Positions 9,853 through 20,247 of a DNA stretch of 64,000 bases are shown here, one piece after another. Numbering within the stretch: position 1 is the stretch's first letter; every line of letters starts with the position of its first letter. The DNA lies in contig CAWHMU010000045.1 in NCBI GenBank assembly GCA_963830365.1, positions 143,036 through 207,035 on the forward strand, written 5' to 3'. A model generated the notes under the pieces. The model was not told where the DNA came from. It searched no databases and was given only the letters and a program-made list of their open reading frames with translations. This stretch comes from an uncultured Chlamydiae bacterium (GTDB taxonomy: Bacteria; Chlamydiota; Chlamydiia; Chlamydiales; Parachlamydiaceae). The translations under genes and the position numbers were made by a program.

Positions 9853-12760
9853 ATTCGGTTTCCAATTTTTCTTGTGCTTTTTTGGCCCATAGGCCCCCTT
9901 TTTTGGTCATCGATTCCAACTGTTTGCGCGCAAGTTCGGGGCGTCCTTGCTGCTGATAGGTTTCGGCGCGTAAATACATGGCTTTCAGTCGCAATGATGA
10001 AATGGCATCGTCATTTACCACTTTGGATAATATCAAAATGGCATTGTCAAATTGGCCAAGTCCGCCATAGCACTGGCTTTGCTGGATCCATAGGTCCAGG
10101 CGTTGATCGGTACTGAGCAGGTGGTTGCCTTTGGCACTTTCTTCGGCAAATTTAAGAGATTCCAGCGCTTGGCTGTATTCTTTGTTGCGCATGGCAATTT
10201 CGCCTTTTTCATACCATACGCGGGAAAGGAAGTAGCCGCGGGTGACATTTGCCAGGCGATAGCGGTCTAGCATGTCAGCCAGCACCTTTTCGGCGGCGCT
10301 ATCATTTTGTGCTTTAATAAATGTCTGGGCCAGCCAGTAGGAGCTTTCCTCATAGATGGCGGGATAGGTTTCATTGACAAACAACAGTTTGGTATAGGGA
10401 TGCTTTAGCATTTCGAAGTCCTGGACCAGGCCGGTAAAGACTTCTTCGGCATATTCCAAGTAGATTTGGCGCTTGGCTCCCTGAGATTCCTCGGCGATGG
10501 CCAGATTTGCCATGGCGCGTTCCAGCGTGGCGCGGTAGCGCACGGCTACATAATAGTCGAGCTTGTCGGCTGGAATGAGTTTTCTTTCATTTAAGTTGTC
10601 AAAAAGCGTTTCCACTTCTTGGAAAGCATCGATGGCATCTGTCAGGCTTTTTTTGCGCAACCATTTACCTTCAGGGGATTTGCGGTCGCGCTTGTAATCC
10701 AATCCGATCAAGTAGTTGGCTTCGATGAGAAATGGGGTGTCGGGATAGCGTTCGCCAAAATTTTGCAGGTGCTTGATGGCAGCTCTTTGTCCTTGCAAAT
10801 AGTCAGCAAAGGTATACAAGCTGAAATAGGCCTCCGCGGCATAGGGGGAGTTGGCATAATGATCGAAAGTCTGGTGCCGCCGCTGCTGGCCAATGGCTGC
10901 ATCTTTTTGCATTTTGTCGGCGCAGCATGCCGCCCAAAACCAAGCTTCGCCGGCCAAAGGGGAGGCGGGGTAGCTATTGGCCAGCTGCAGATAGCTGTCT
11001 TCCGCCGCCGTATAATTGCCGTCGTGATAATGCATGGCGGCAAGATGACGCAGGGCCTTGTCGCCAAATTTGCCGTCAGCGCGCGTGGCGGCGGCCTTTA
11101 GAGATCGCTCGGCGAGGGCGGCAAATTTCCCCGTTAGGTCATGGCTGGCTAGTCGGGCAGCGAAAAAGCCATGCAGATAAAGGATTTCATCGGGGCTTTC
11201 CATGGCCTGCCAAAGATGGGCATGTTCATTCATCAGCGCTTCAATGATGTTAAAGGCTTGCATGTTGGCTTGCGGAGTGGTGGTATAGCTGACGGCCAGG
11301 GCCTGATATTTCAGTGCCATGCCGGCTTGAGCCGGCTGAACATGCCTTAGCAGATCGAAGGCTTTGCTAAACGCCGTGGATGAGCTTTCAAATGCCGGCT
11401 GTGCTTCTTCCGGCTGGTCCGATTGGAAGAGCGAAAGGGCATTTTCAAAGTCGTTCATAGCGCGCATATACCAGCCTTTGGCATAAAAGGAGCTGTCGCT
11501 ATTTGCTTCAAGCGTGAGTTGGCGATACAAGTTGTCACGGGCTACATAGGAAGGGGCCGCTTCGGCACGCAGCAGCAGGGCTTGGGCTTGGGCCTCGCGC
11601 GACACGAATTTTTCTTGTTGCGACAGCAGCGCTTCGGCCTTGGCATAGGCATCGGCTTGGTGCAGCCGCTTGGCGAGGGTAAGATAATACTGTCCTAAGG
11701 CTAGATAGGTTCTTTCATCGGGCTGAATTGAGAGCAGCTTTTTAAAAGTCTCTTCGGCTTGCTTGAAGTTACTTAATTGACCGGCTGGGTTTTTTAGGGG
11801 ATCGTCGCCAATTTTAAGAAAGCACCAGCCTAGATAATATAAGGTATCGGCATACCAGCTGCAATTTTGCGGCAGGGTTTCGGGCAGGGATGTTTGAAAA
11901 AAGTCGCAGGCCTTAGCATATTCATGCAATTGAAAATAGGCTTCGCCTTGCAGGTAATGGAGTTCAAAATGCAAAGGGTCGGTGGCTGGCGATGGCAGGT
12001 GTAGGGCGGACAATAAGGCGGCAGCCTCTCGATAGCTGCCTTGCGCTAGGAGGATGCGGCTTAGATATATTTGTGTCAAATAAAGCAGGCGCGGCTTAGT
12101 GGTTTGCTGGCTTAAGGTCTCAAAGTGGTTTTTAGCAGCGTCATATTTTTTCCAAAGGAAGTTGGTCAGGCCGCTTTCAAATTGAGCTTCATCATAAAAA
12201 ACAGGCGCGGGTGAACTATTGAGATAGCGCTGGAAGGTGTCAATGGCGGCAGCATATTGGCCGGTGTGCTTATAGGCTAGGGCCATTAGGTAAAGGGAAT
12301 TAGCTCTGAGATCGGCTAATGGCGGAGAAAGAGGGGTGGCAAAGGATAAATTTGGCTGGAGTGTGGCAATGGTTTGTGGATATTCGCCTATGGCAAAATA
12401 GGCTTGCGCCAAATGAAAGCGAGACTGCATAGCGATTTGTAAAGGGAAGGTTTCGTCAATATCAGCATCATGATCAGCATCATGATCAGCATCATGAGCT
12501 GAATCGCTAGTATGCTTAGCGGTAGCTTCGTTGATCAGCTTCTGATAAAGGGCAATGGCTTGTTTGTAAAGACCTGCTTCAAAAAGTTCATCGGCAGCAG
12601 TCAGGCGGGCATGGCTTTTATTGAAAATTTCCTTAGGGAAACGTGGCGCTGTTTCCAGTTCATCCCATGCGGCTGCGCCAAGGCATAGTGGAATGGACAG
12701 CCATCGGCCAAAGATGCATAGCCACAACAGGCAGAAATATCTGGGCTGGCAAAAAATCAT
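9842..12760 (-). CDS. Large TPR-repeat protein, probably exported
   Basis: Many TPR-like helical repeats; probable ATG at 12760 before a hydrophobic signal-like segment (the ORF track extends it to 12976); divergent from hctA. Confidence 0.8.
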   Translation of the reverse strand: MIFCQPRYFCLLWLCIFGRWLSIPLCLGAAAWDELETAPRFPKEIFNKSHARLTAADELFEAGLYKQAIALYQKLINEATAKHTSDSAHDADHDADHDADIDETFPLQIAMQSRFHLAQAYFAIGEYPQTIATLQPNLSFATPLSPPLADLRANSLYLMALAYKHTGQYAAAIDTFQRYLNSSPAPVFYDEAQFESGLTNFLWKKYDAAKNHFETLSQQTTKPRLLYLTQIYLSRILLAQGSYREAAALLSALHLPSPATDPLHFELHYLQGEAYFQLHEYAKACDFFQTSLPETLPQNCSWYADTLYYLGWCFLKIGDDPLKNPAGQLSNFKQAEETFKKLLSIQPDERTYLALGQYYLTLAKRLHQADAYAKAEALLSQQEKFVSREAQAQALLLRAEAAPSYVARDNLYRQLTLEANSDSSFYAKGWYMRAMNDFENALSLFQSDQPEEAQPAFESSSTAFSKAFDLLRHVQPAQAGMALKYQALAVSYTTTPQANMQAFNIIEALMNEHAHLWQAMESPDEILYLHGFFAARLASHDLTGKFAALAERSLKAAATRADGKFGDKALRHLAAMHYHDGNYTAAEDSYLQLANSYPASPLAGEAWFWAACCADKMQKDAAIGQQRRHQTFDHYANSPYAAEAYFSLYTFADYLQGQRAAIKHLQNFGERYPDTPFLIEANYLIGLDYKRDRKSPEGKWLRKKSLTDAIDAFQEVETLFDNLNERKLIPADKLDYYVAVRYRATLERAMANLAIAEESQGAKRQIYLEYAEEVFTGLVQDFEMLKHPYTKLLFVNETYPAIYEESSYWLAQTFIKAQNDSAAEKVLADMLDRYRLANVTRGYFLSRVWYEKGEIAMRNKEYSQALESLKFAEESAKGNHLLSTDQRLDLWIQQSQCYGGLGQFDNAILILSKVVNDDAISSLRLKAMYLRAETYQQQGRPELARKQLESMTKKGGLWAKKAQEKLETEYGY
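12461..12496. repeat. 12-bp x3 perfect in-frame tandem repeat (HDAD)3
   Basis: atcagcatcatg at 12461, 12473 and 12485. Confidence 0.95.
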
Positions 12761-13408
12761 GATGAACTCCGCTGTCAGGATACACGATGGCGAATTCAAA
12801 ATATACCAGGATTTCGTGAAAATTTGACATGTTAAACAGCGCGAAAACTGGCGCGGTTGCATGTTCGTAAGCCGTCCAATATTTGCAGATATGGGGTGGC
12901 TTAAGATCGTGCCATCGGGGAGCTTTGGTGGGTCTAAAATATCAAATGCTCGCCAGATTCTAGTAGGAAGACTCATCCTGCTTTTTTATGATGCATGCAT
13001 CCAAAAATTTGGGACTGCCGGCGAAAGTGGCAGGAAATCGTTTTTTTTATGGGCTCTCATAAGTACTCTGAAAGCGATAATTCAGCATTTTATGCCGTTT
13101 TGCTGTCGTTTTTTCTCATGTAAGGGCTTAAATGGTCTTGATGTCGCCCAAATTCGCATGAAAATGATGATGAAAGCGTTTCATGGAAAAAAAAGAGAAG
13201 TTTTTTACCCCGCTATTTTTCTAGAGGTTGAACTAGCAAAAAAAGCTGCTATAGATGTACTGACAGGCGCTATCCTGTTTTTTAAAGGTGATGTTGTCAT
13301 GTGGAAAAAAACGCATGAATTTCAATATGCTGTGAGAAAAATATTGCACAATATATCCAAAGTTAATATTCAGTTAAATTGTCATTAAACCATAAAAAGG
13401 AGTCTAAC

Positions 13409-13801
13409 ATGGCAATCAAAGAAACATTCAAACATTTGAAAGATCTTCTGAACCATATCGTTCATGATTTGGAAAAAGCAGAAGGCGGTAACAAAGCTGC
13501 TTCTCAGCGCGTTCGTACAGGTACTGTAAAGCTTGAAAAGATAGCTAAACTATACCGTAAAGAATCGATCAAATCTGAAAAATCGACCAAGGGCACAAAG
13601 AAGCCAGCTAAAAAAGCCGCCAAAGCACATGCTCCTAAAAAAGCTGCTGCCAAGCCAAAAGCTGCACATCATGCCGTTGCCCATAAAAAAGTAGCTGCCA
13701 AGCCAAAAGCAAAAGCACATAAAGCCGTGGCCAGACCACATGCTTTGTCCCTCAAAAAACCTACTGCTAAGCTACCAGTTAAAAGAGCTTCAGCTAGATA
13801 G
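13409..13801 (+). CDS. hctA: Chlamydial histone H1-like protein Hc1
   Basis: DLEKAEGGNKAASQRVRTGTVKLEKIAKLYRKESIK core with a K/A-rich tail; AAGGAG RBS before ATG 13409. Confidence 0.95.
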   Translation: MAIKETFKHLKDLLNHIVHDLEKAEGGNKAASQRVRTGTVKLEKIAKLYRKESIKSEKSTKGTKKPAKKAAKAHAPKKAAAKPKAAHHAVAHKKVAAKPKAKAHKAVARPHALSLKKPTAKLPVKRASAR

Positions 13802-13829
13802 ATTTTTGTTTGTCTGCTAGGAATTTATT

Positions 13830-13855
13830 AGGGGAGGCTTTTGCCTCCCTTTTTC
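13830..13855 (+). terminator. Rho-independent terminator of hctA
   Basis: GGGAGGC-TTTT-GCCTCCC hairpin followed by a T-run. Confidence 0.8.
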
Positions 13856-13944
13856 ATTTTTTTCTCCGCATCATCATCCTTTTCCTGTATGCTCTTGCCA
13901 ATTCTAATGACATGCTCAATGATCTTTTTAAATTTGGATGAATT

Positions 13945-15387
13945 ATGGCCAAGCGCAATCCACAACAATCTGTTGAAGTTGATATCACCAGCTTTTCCAA
14001 AAAGGGACATGGCTTCGGCCTGACGGCCGATGAGAAGCTGCGTCAAGTTGAAGTGCCTTTTACATTGCCGGGGGATAAAGCGCGCGCTTTGTTGCAACGC
14101 AAGCGGGGTGGAACTTTCACTTCACGACTTGAAGAAGTGATTACCCCATCGCCTCTTAGGATCGAACCGCGCTGCCAGCATTTTGGGGTTTGCGGCGGCT
14201 GTCGCTGGCAGCAACTAGCCTATACGGAGCAATTGAAGATAAAACAAGCTCAAGTAGAAGCCTTATTCTGCCATCTGCTGGACCCAGGCGTGGTATTCCA
14301 TCCAATTTTGGCTTGCGATCCGCCATGGCATTACCGCAATAAGATGGAGTTCAGCTTTTCAAGTGATGCCACCGGCCGGCAATTCTTGGGATTGATTATC
14401 GATGGCAGCCGCGGCAAGGTGCTCAATATCACCGAATGCCATTTGGTCAATCCATGGATGGTCCAAACCCTACAGGCAACGCGTGCCTGGTGGCATGAGT
14501 CCGGGCTGGCAGCCTTTCATCCCCACTATAATAAGGGGGCGTTGCGCACGCTGACGGTACGGGAGGGGATGCGCACGGGCGACCGGGCCGTGATGCTGAC
14601 CGTTTCGGGAAATCCCGAAGATGCGCTCAACCGGCAGCAACTGGATAGTTTTGTGGCTTTTTTACGCGATGCCATTGAACCGCTAACGCCAGAAAATAAT
14701 CTGTGCATCATGTTGCGCATTCAACAGGCCGTCAAGGGCAAGGAAACGACTTTTTACGAGATGCTTTTATACGGTCCCGATCATATCCGCGAGGTGCTGA
14801 ATGTTCAGGTTGCTCCGGGGGGTAACATAGATGCATTGACGTTTTCCGTCAGTCCTTCGGCTTTCTTCCAACCCAACACCCGGCAAGCTGAGCGCCTGTA
14901 TAGTTTAGGCTTGCAGCTGCTAGACATCCCTGCTGATAGCATCGTATACGATTTATATTGCGGTACGGGCACGCTAGGGATTTGCGCAGCCAAATACGCC
15001 AAGCTGGTAATCGGTATTGAAATTTCGCCGGAATCATCTTTGGATGCGCGTAGCAATGCGGCAAATAACGGCTTGGATAATGTGCATATCCTCACAGGCT
15101 CTGCGCGTGATGTGATTAAGGGCATCCGGGACAATCACACCTTTCCTCTGCCCGATGTCGTAATGGTGGATCCTCCGCGCGCAGGTCTTGATGCCGAAAC
15201 ACTCACACACCTGGCCGAGCTTAGGCCAGGGAAGCTTTTGTATATCTCATGCAATCCTGTCAGCCAGGCCGAGAATATTAAGGAACTCAAGGCTATGGGC
15301 TACCAGATTGCCGCCATCCAGCCTGTCGATCAATTCCCGCATACGATCCACGTGGAAAATATTGTCCTGCTGGTGCTTGGTGGCTAG
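13945..15387 (+). CDS. rlmD: 23S rRNA m5U methyltransferase (RlmD/TrmA family)
   Basis: CQHFGVCGGC Fe-S motif, AFFQPN, DLYCGTG, VDPPRAG, YISCNP, DQFPHT. Confidence 0.93.
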   Translation: MAKRNPQQSVEVDITSFSKKGHGFGLTADEKLRQVEVPFTLPGDKARALLQRKRGGTFTSRLEEVITPSPLRIEPRCQHFGVCGGCRWQQLAYTEQLKIKQAQVEALFCHLLDPGVVFHPILACDPPWHYRNKMEFSFSSDATGRQFLGLIIDGSRGKVLNITECHLVNPWMVQTLQATRAWWHESGLAAFHPHYNKGALRTLTVREGMRTGDRAVMLTVSGNPEDALNRQQLDSFVAFLRDAIEPLTPENNLCIMLRIQQAVKGKETTFYEMLLYGPDHIREVLNVQVAPGGNIDALTFSVSPSAFFQPNTRQAERLYSLGLQLLDIPADSIVYDLYCGTGTLGICAAKYAKLVIGIEISPESSLDARSNAANNGLDNVHILTGSARDVIKGIRDNHTFPLPDVVMVDPPRAGLDAETLTHLAELRPGKLLYISCNPVSQAENIKELKAMGYQIAAIQPVDQFPHTIHVENIVLLVLGG

Positions 15388-15472
15388 TGTCCGGCGTGAT
15401 AAATGTTTTCAAAAAAAGGCGCTTACTTTATGTAATTAAAATGCACAGGAAAATTTATAAAGGTAGCGCTTG

Positions 15473-17687
15473 ATGGGGATGTTCAAATTCGGAGGGAAGG
15501 GCTTTGTCAGGGTCGCCGGTATAGCGTTTGTTTTTTTACTGATGGCCATCCTCCACTTCAATCCTGTGTTTATTAGCAGTTGGATCAATTCATTGGAGAA
15601 CTGGGCTTATGATGTGGGGGTGCGCGCCAATCATCGGCCGCTGGGAAAGGATGACTTAATCACCATCGTTGATATCGATGATGCCAGCCTTGAAGCCATA
15701 GGTCGATGGCCGTGGTCAAGAGATGTGATGGCAAAGCTGACCGCCAGGCTCTATGAACTCGGTGCGACGGTGATCGCTTTTGACATTCTATTTTCAGAGT
15801 CGGAAGAAAATATCGTAAGTAAAGTGATCAAGGCGGCGCCTAAGGATAGCGACTACCTGTCAAAATTGGAAAAGCTGAAGGAGAGTTTCGATTTCGATGC
15901 GGCCTTTGCTAAAAGTTTGAAAATGGGTGATTCGATATTAGCCATTGCCTTTAATCAGGAGGGGAAGTCGGTAGGTACGCTGCCGCCGCCGCTGCTCACC
16001 TTGGAAGGGGAGCTGGCCATGTATCTGGATATCCCGGTAGTGACGGGGTATTTAAGCAATGTGGCCACCCTGGTACAGGCAGTGAAATATGGCGCCTTTA
16101 CCAACGCCTCACCCGACGAAGATGGCATATTGCGCTTTTCGCCGCTGCTATTGCGCTATGGCAATGATGTCTATCCTTCATTAGGGCTGCAAGCGGCAGC
16201 GCTCTATTTATTGACCAGCAAAACCACCCTAAAGACTGGCAATTATGGCGGTTTGCCCGCTTTAGAGGGAGTGCAATTAGATCATATATTTCATTCCAAC
16301 AGATACTAGGGGCCGCATTCTTATCCCCTATAGGGGGGGGGCCTACACCTTTCCTTTTGTTTCGGCCAAGGATGTCTTAAATGGCAAAGTAACGACTGAG
16401 CAGGTGGCAAATAAAATCATTTTCATCGGAACCTCGGCCACGAGCATGGGCGACTTAAAGGCCTCGCCGATAGCGCCCTCCTTTATCGGCGTTGAGGTGC
16501 ATGCCACCATTGCCGCCGGCATTATGGATCACTACCTGCCACATATTCCGGCGTGGGGAAAAGGTGTTACCTTATTTCTGACTTTTGTGTTTGGACTGTC
16601 ATGCGCCATTTTATTTCCGCTGCTCGGTCCCGTCACCACCTTCATTGCGGCGCTGGTTTTTCCGGGCAGCCTGTTCTTGTTTAAAAACTGGATGATGAAT
16701 AATCATCTGATTGTGCTTTCGGTCATTTTCCCAATTATAGTGATCCTGTTCCTATTTATATTGAATATCATTTACGGCTATGTGGCCGAATCGCGTCGGC
16801 GTAAAGAGATTAAGTCCTCCTTTGGTCAATATATCCCGCCGGAATATATCGATATCATGCTCAAAAAAGGCGCAAGCTTCGAATTGGCAGGCGAGAGTAA
16901 GGAGCTGTCAGTGCTTTTTGCCGATATCCGGCAGTTCACCAATATGTCTGAGAAGCTGACCGCGCCGGAATTGAAAGAACTGCTGAATCTCTATCTTACG
17001 CCCATGACGGAAGTCATTTTTGGCAATAAGGGAACCATCGATAAATATGTCGGCGATATGGTGATGGCTTTTTGGGGCGCTCCGATAGATGATGCCAAAA
17101 ATGCCTATAATGCCGTCTCCTGCGCTTTGGGAATGCAAGAGAAACTTGCCACGGATGTGAATCCAAGTTTTAGGGCGAGTAATAGGCCAGAAATCCATAT
17201 CCGCATCGGCGTCAATACAGGCATTATGAACGTGGGGGATATGGGATCAAAATTCCGCAAGGCATACACCGTATTGGGCGATGAGGTGAATTTGGCATCG
17301 CGTTTGGAGGGGATCTCGAAGTATTATTTTCTGGATATCCTCGTCGGCGAAAATACTTATAATATTACCAAAGACGATTTCATATTCAGACCGGTAGACA
17401 AAGTCAAGGTGGTCGGCAAACAAAAAGCGATTGCGATTTATAAGCCCATGTGCCATAAGGAAAAAGCTACTAAAGAAATTCTTACTGAGGTGGAAATTCA
17501 TTCCAGCGCGCTTGGTCTGCTTCAAACGAGACAGTGGGATGAAGCAGAAACACTGTTTACACAGCTGCAGAAGGATTATCCACAGAATGCCGAATTTTAT
17601 GGAGTTTATTTAGATAGAATTAAAGATTATCGTTTGAATCCACCTAACCCCGCATGGGAAGGAGAAGTTAGTTTTGAACATAAATAA
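15473..17687 (+). pseudogene. CHASE2-domain class III adenylate cyclase, split by a +1 frameshift at ~16289-16292 (real lesion or sequencing error)
   Basis: N-part has IVDIDDASL...GRWPWSR (CHASE2). Removing one T restores DHIFIPTDTRGRILIPY in frame with 16404..17687, which has TMs, FADIRQFT, TIDKYVGD and YTVLGDEVNLASRLEG. Confidence 0.88.
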
Positions 17688-18507
17688 ATACATGTTTTTC
17701 CTTTGCTGCCTGTCTGTGACTCCTCTGATAGGGGAAGATCCCTCAGCCGGCCAGTCCATTGCCGTGCAAGGTAAGGTTTCGGCCGAAAAAGAAGGCGAAA
17801 AAACCCCGCGCACGCTACAACGAGGGTCTGCATTTTTCTCGAAGGATGTGGTCAATGTGGGGCCGGACTCCAAGGCTCAGCTGAAATTCATCGACGGCGG
17901 ACTGGTAACCATTATCGCAAACAGCAAATATCGAATCTTATCCTATACGTTTACCAAAGAAAAAAGCGAAGTTAGCCTCGAGATTGTGGAAGGCGGCTTC
18001 CGCGCCATGACAGGCACTATCGGTAAAGAGCATCCTACAGACTATAAAGTCAAAACCCCCGTGGCCACCATCGGCATCAGGGGAACTATTTTTGAACTTG
18101 CCATTATCAACGGCGAGCTGCAACTCCACTGCGTTTCCGGTTCTGTCGTCATAACGAGCGGTGCAGCTGCGGTTAGCGGCGGTGGCGCTGGCGGTGCTGG
18201 CGGAACAGGCACTTCCGAAGGCGCAGGTGGCGGAGGTAATACAGTTGTTATTCCAGCAGGCAGCTATGTGCCAGTAAGTGCCAATGGCACCATCGGTAAA
18301 GTAACAACGACGCCACTTCTTGGGCTTCAAACGTTGATTTCTGCGGGAGCCTTTACTCAGCCACCCGGCGGAGTGAATGATGTGCAAGCCCAGGCGACAA
18401 TCCAAATCCAATCGGTTACCCCCCCTGAGGGCGGTACAACGACTGAATTATTAATCATAAACATCCCTGAATCAGAAGGAAATCCATCATGCGGCGCCAG
18501 CTTGTAA
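17674..18507 (+). CDS. FecR-domain periplasmic protein
   Basis: Signal peptide; VKTPVATIGIRGT FecR-like motif; AAGGAG before the TTG start, which overlaps the cyclase stop. Confidence 0.85.
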   Translation: MNINKYMFFLCCLSVTPLIGEDPSAGQSIAVQGKVSAEKEGEKTPRTLQRGSAFFSKDVVNVGPDSKAQLKFIDGGLVTIIANSKYRILSYTFTKEKSEVSLEIVEGGFRAMTGTIGKEHPTDYKVKTPVATIGIRGTIFELAIINGELQLHCVSGSVVITSGAAAVSGGGAGGAGGTGTSEGAGGGGNTVVIPAGSYVPVSANGTIGKVTTTPLLGLQTLISAGAFTQPPGGVNDVQAQATIQIQSVTPPEGGTTTELLIINIPESEGNPSCGASL

Positions 18508-20168
18508 AATTTTTGGTCCTAACGTGCCTGTGTTTTTATGCAGGCACCCTGTCGGCACAGATTGAGGGGATTTTTATCACCAGTAAAGCCGACGAGATTC
18601 TGACAGCGGGAAGGCCTACCGTTAAGGGGGTCGAAATCTCGCAAATTACCATCCCGGGCGGTGAAGATAAGCTGAAAGAGCTCCTTAAACCTTATTTGGG
18701 AAAGCCGCTGACAAGAGAAAACGTCATCGAAGTCAAGCAAAAGATCATGCTGTATTTTGTGTCGCAGCAGCATTCTAAGCTTGGCGTCAGCCTGCCGGAA
18801 CAGGAAACCACGGGTGGCGTCATCCAGGTCTTGGTCGATCAAAAGCAATTCGGCAAGATGATTACCAAAGGAGAATCCTGGTACGACGATGCGCAATTGA
18901 GCCGGCTGTTGTCAGTCTCTCCAGGTCAGCAAATTTCTGAAGATACGCTGCAAAATAACCTTTCCTGGCTGAACCGCAATCCGTTTCATAGTGCGAAATC
19001 GAAATGGGTGCCGACAGACAATCCGCAGGTTGTAGACTTGCAAATTACCACCAAAACGCGCTCGCCCATCCGTTTGTACGACCGCTTTGATGATACCGGC
19101 AATGCAGCCACCGGTTACGGGCGTTTTGCCACCGGTTTTGCCTGGGGCAATGCCTTCGGGGTCGGAGATTTGCTGTCGTTTGAATATGGCTTTTCAAACA
19201 GAACCGGCCGCTACAGAAATTACATGTTGAACTATACCTCATTTTTGCCTTGCCAGCACATTTTGACGCTGCTTACGCAATATTGCGAGGTGAAGCCTAT
19301 CGTGCCTGTGCTATTAGGACCAAGTCCATTGGTCAATGCCAGCTCTACCCAGGTGCGTCTGCATTACACCGTGCCGTTTAAGCCGTTGCATACGCCCCTG
19401 CAACAGAGCATGATTTTTGGTTTGGAATATAAAAACATCAAAAGCCATACGACGATCTTTGCGCTGTTGCCGCAGATCAGTCCTCCATATATTATAGAGC
19501 TGAATCAGAATATCACGCAGTTTTACTTCAATTACGCCTTTTACAACGTTATGAAAAGGCATGATATTTCATTCAGCGTGGATGTGTTCGCATCGCTTGG
19601 GAAATTGATCCCTCACGAGTCGAATGCCACTTACGAGGCCGTGCGTGCGCATTCAAGAAATAAATATGCCTATACGCGCCTTACCTTTGCAGATGTATAT
19701 ACCATCCCCAAGAAGTGCCAGATGAGCTTTCTGCTGCGCGGACAGGCGTCGACGGGCACTCTGCCTGTGACAGAGATGAGCTGTATCGGAGGTTATAATA
19801 CGGTCCGTGGCTATCATGAGGCGGCATATTTTGCAGACAACAGCTTCATTGCTAACTTCGAACTGCGCACTTTGCCATATAAATTCTGGCCCTGCCAAAA
19901 GGGAGAGCTTATCTTCCTGGGCTTTGTCGATTATGGCGTGGGCATGAATTGGTTCATTCCAAAGTATGTCGGCGTGGCGACTCCGCCCCACTGCCAGTGG
20001 CTGCTGGGTGTAGGTCCGGGCTTGCGCTACCGCATCAATCCTTATCTGCAAGTGAGAGCCGATTATGGATTTAAACTGCATGATCTGTTCATCGGGCACA
20101 TCCCGGCCTTGCAGCAGCTGCGCGGGAATTATGGCCAGTTCCACTTTGGTATTCTAGGAAGTTACTAG
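18489..20168 (+). CDS. ShlB/FhaC/HecB-family (Omp85/TpsB) outer-membrane beta-barrel
   Basis: Signal peptide, POTRA-like N-terminus, IGGYNTVRGY loop-6 motif, C-terminal beta-signal ending in Y. Confidence 0.88.
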   Translation: MRRQLVKFLVLTCLCFYAGTLSAQIEGIFITSKADEILTAGRPTVKGVEISQITIPGGEDKLKELLKPYLGKPLTRENVIEVKQKIMLYFVSQQHSKLGVSLPEQETTGGVIQVLVDQKQFGKMITKGESWYDDAQLSRLLSVSPGQQISEDTLQNNLSWLNRNPFHSAKSKWVPTDNPQVVDLQITTKTRSPIRLYDRFDDTGNAATGYGRFATGFAWGNAFGVGDLLSFEYGFSNRTGRYRNYMLNYTSFLPCQHILTLLTQYCEVKPIVPVLLGPSPLVNASSTQVRLHYTVPFKPLHTPLQQSMIFGLEYKNIKSHTTIFALLPQISPPYIIELNQNITQFYFNYAFYNVMKRHDISFSVDVFASLGKLIPHESNATYEAVRAHSRNKYAYTRLTFADVYTIPKKCQMSFLLRGQASTGTLPVTEMSCIGGYNTVRGYHEAAYFADNSFIANFELRTLPYKFWPCQKGELIFLGFVDYGVGMNWFIPKYVGVATPPHCQWLLGVGPGLRYRINPYLQVRADYGFKLHDLFIGHIPALQQLRGNYGQFHFGILGSY

Positions 20169-20247
20169 GAAGCAGGCGATCCATCACGCTCATATCTGCC
20201 AAGAGGTATATATGGGTGTGATGGTGGTTGATAAATAAGGTGGGATT

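Noticed and set aside
12861..13388. 175-aa ORF upstream of hctA
   Set aside because: No recognisable motifs; it spans an AT-rich divergent promoter region and is probably spurious.
16333..16341. G9 tract as a phase-variation switch explaining the split cyclase
   Set aside because: The frameshift and resulting stop (16307-16309) lie upstream of the tract, and G9 is already in frame with the downstream part.
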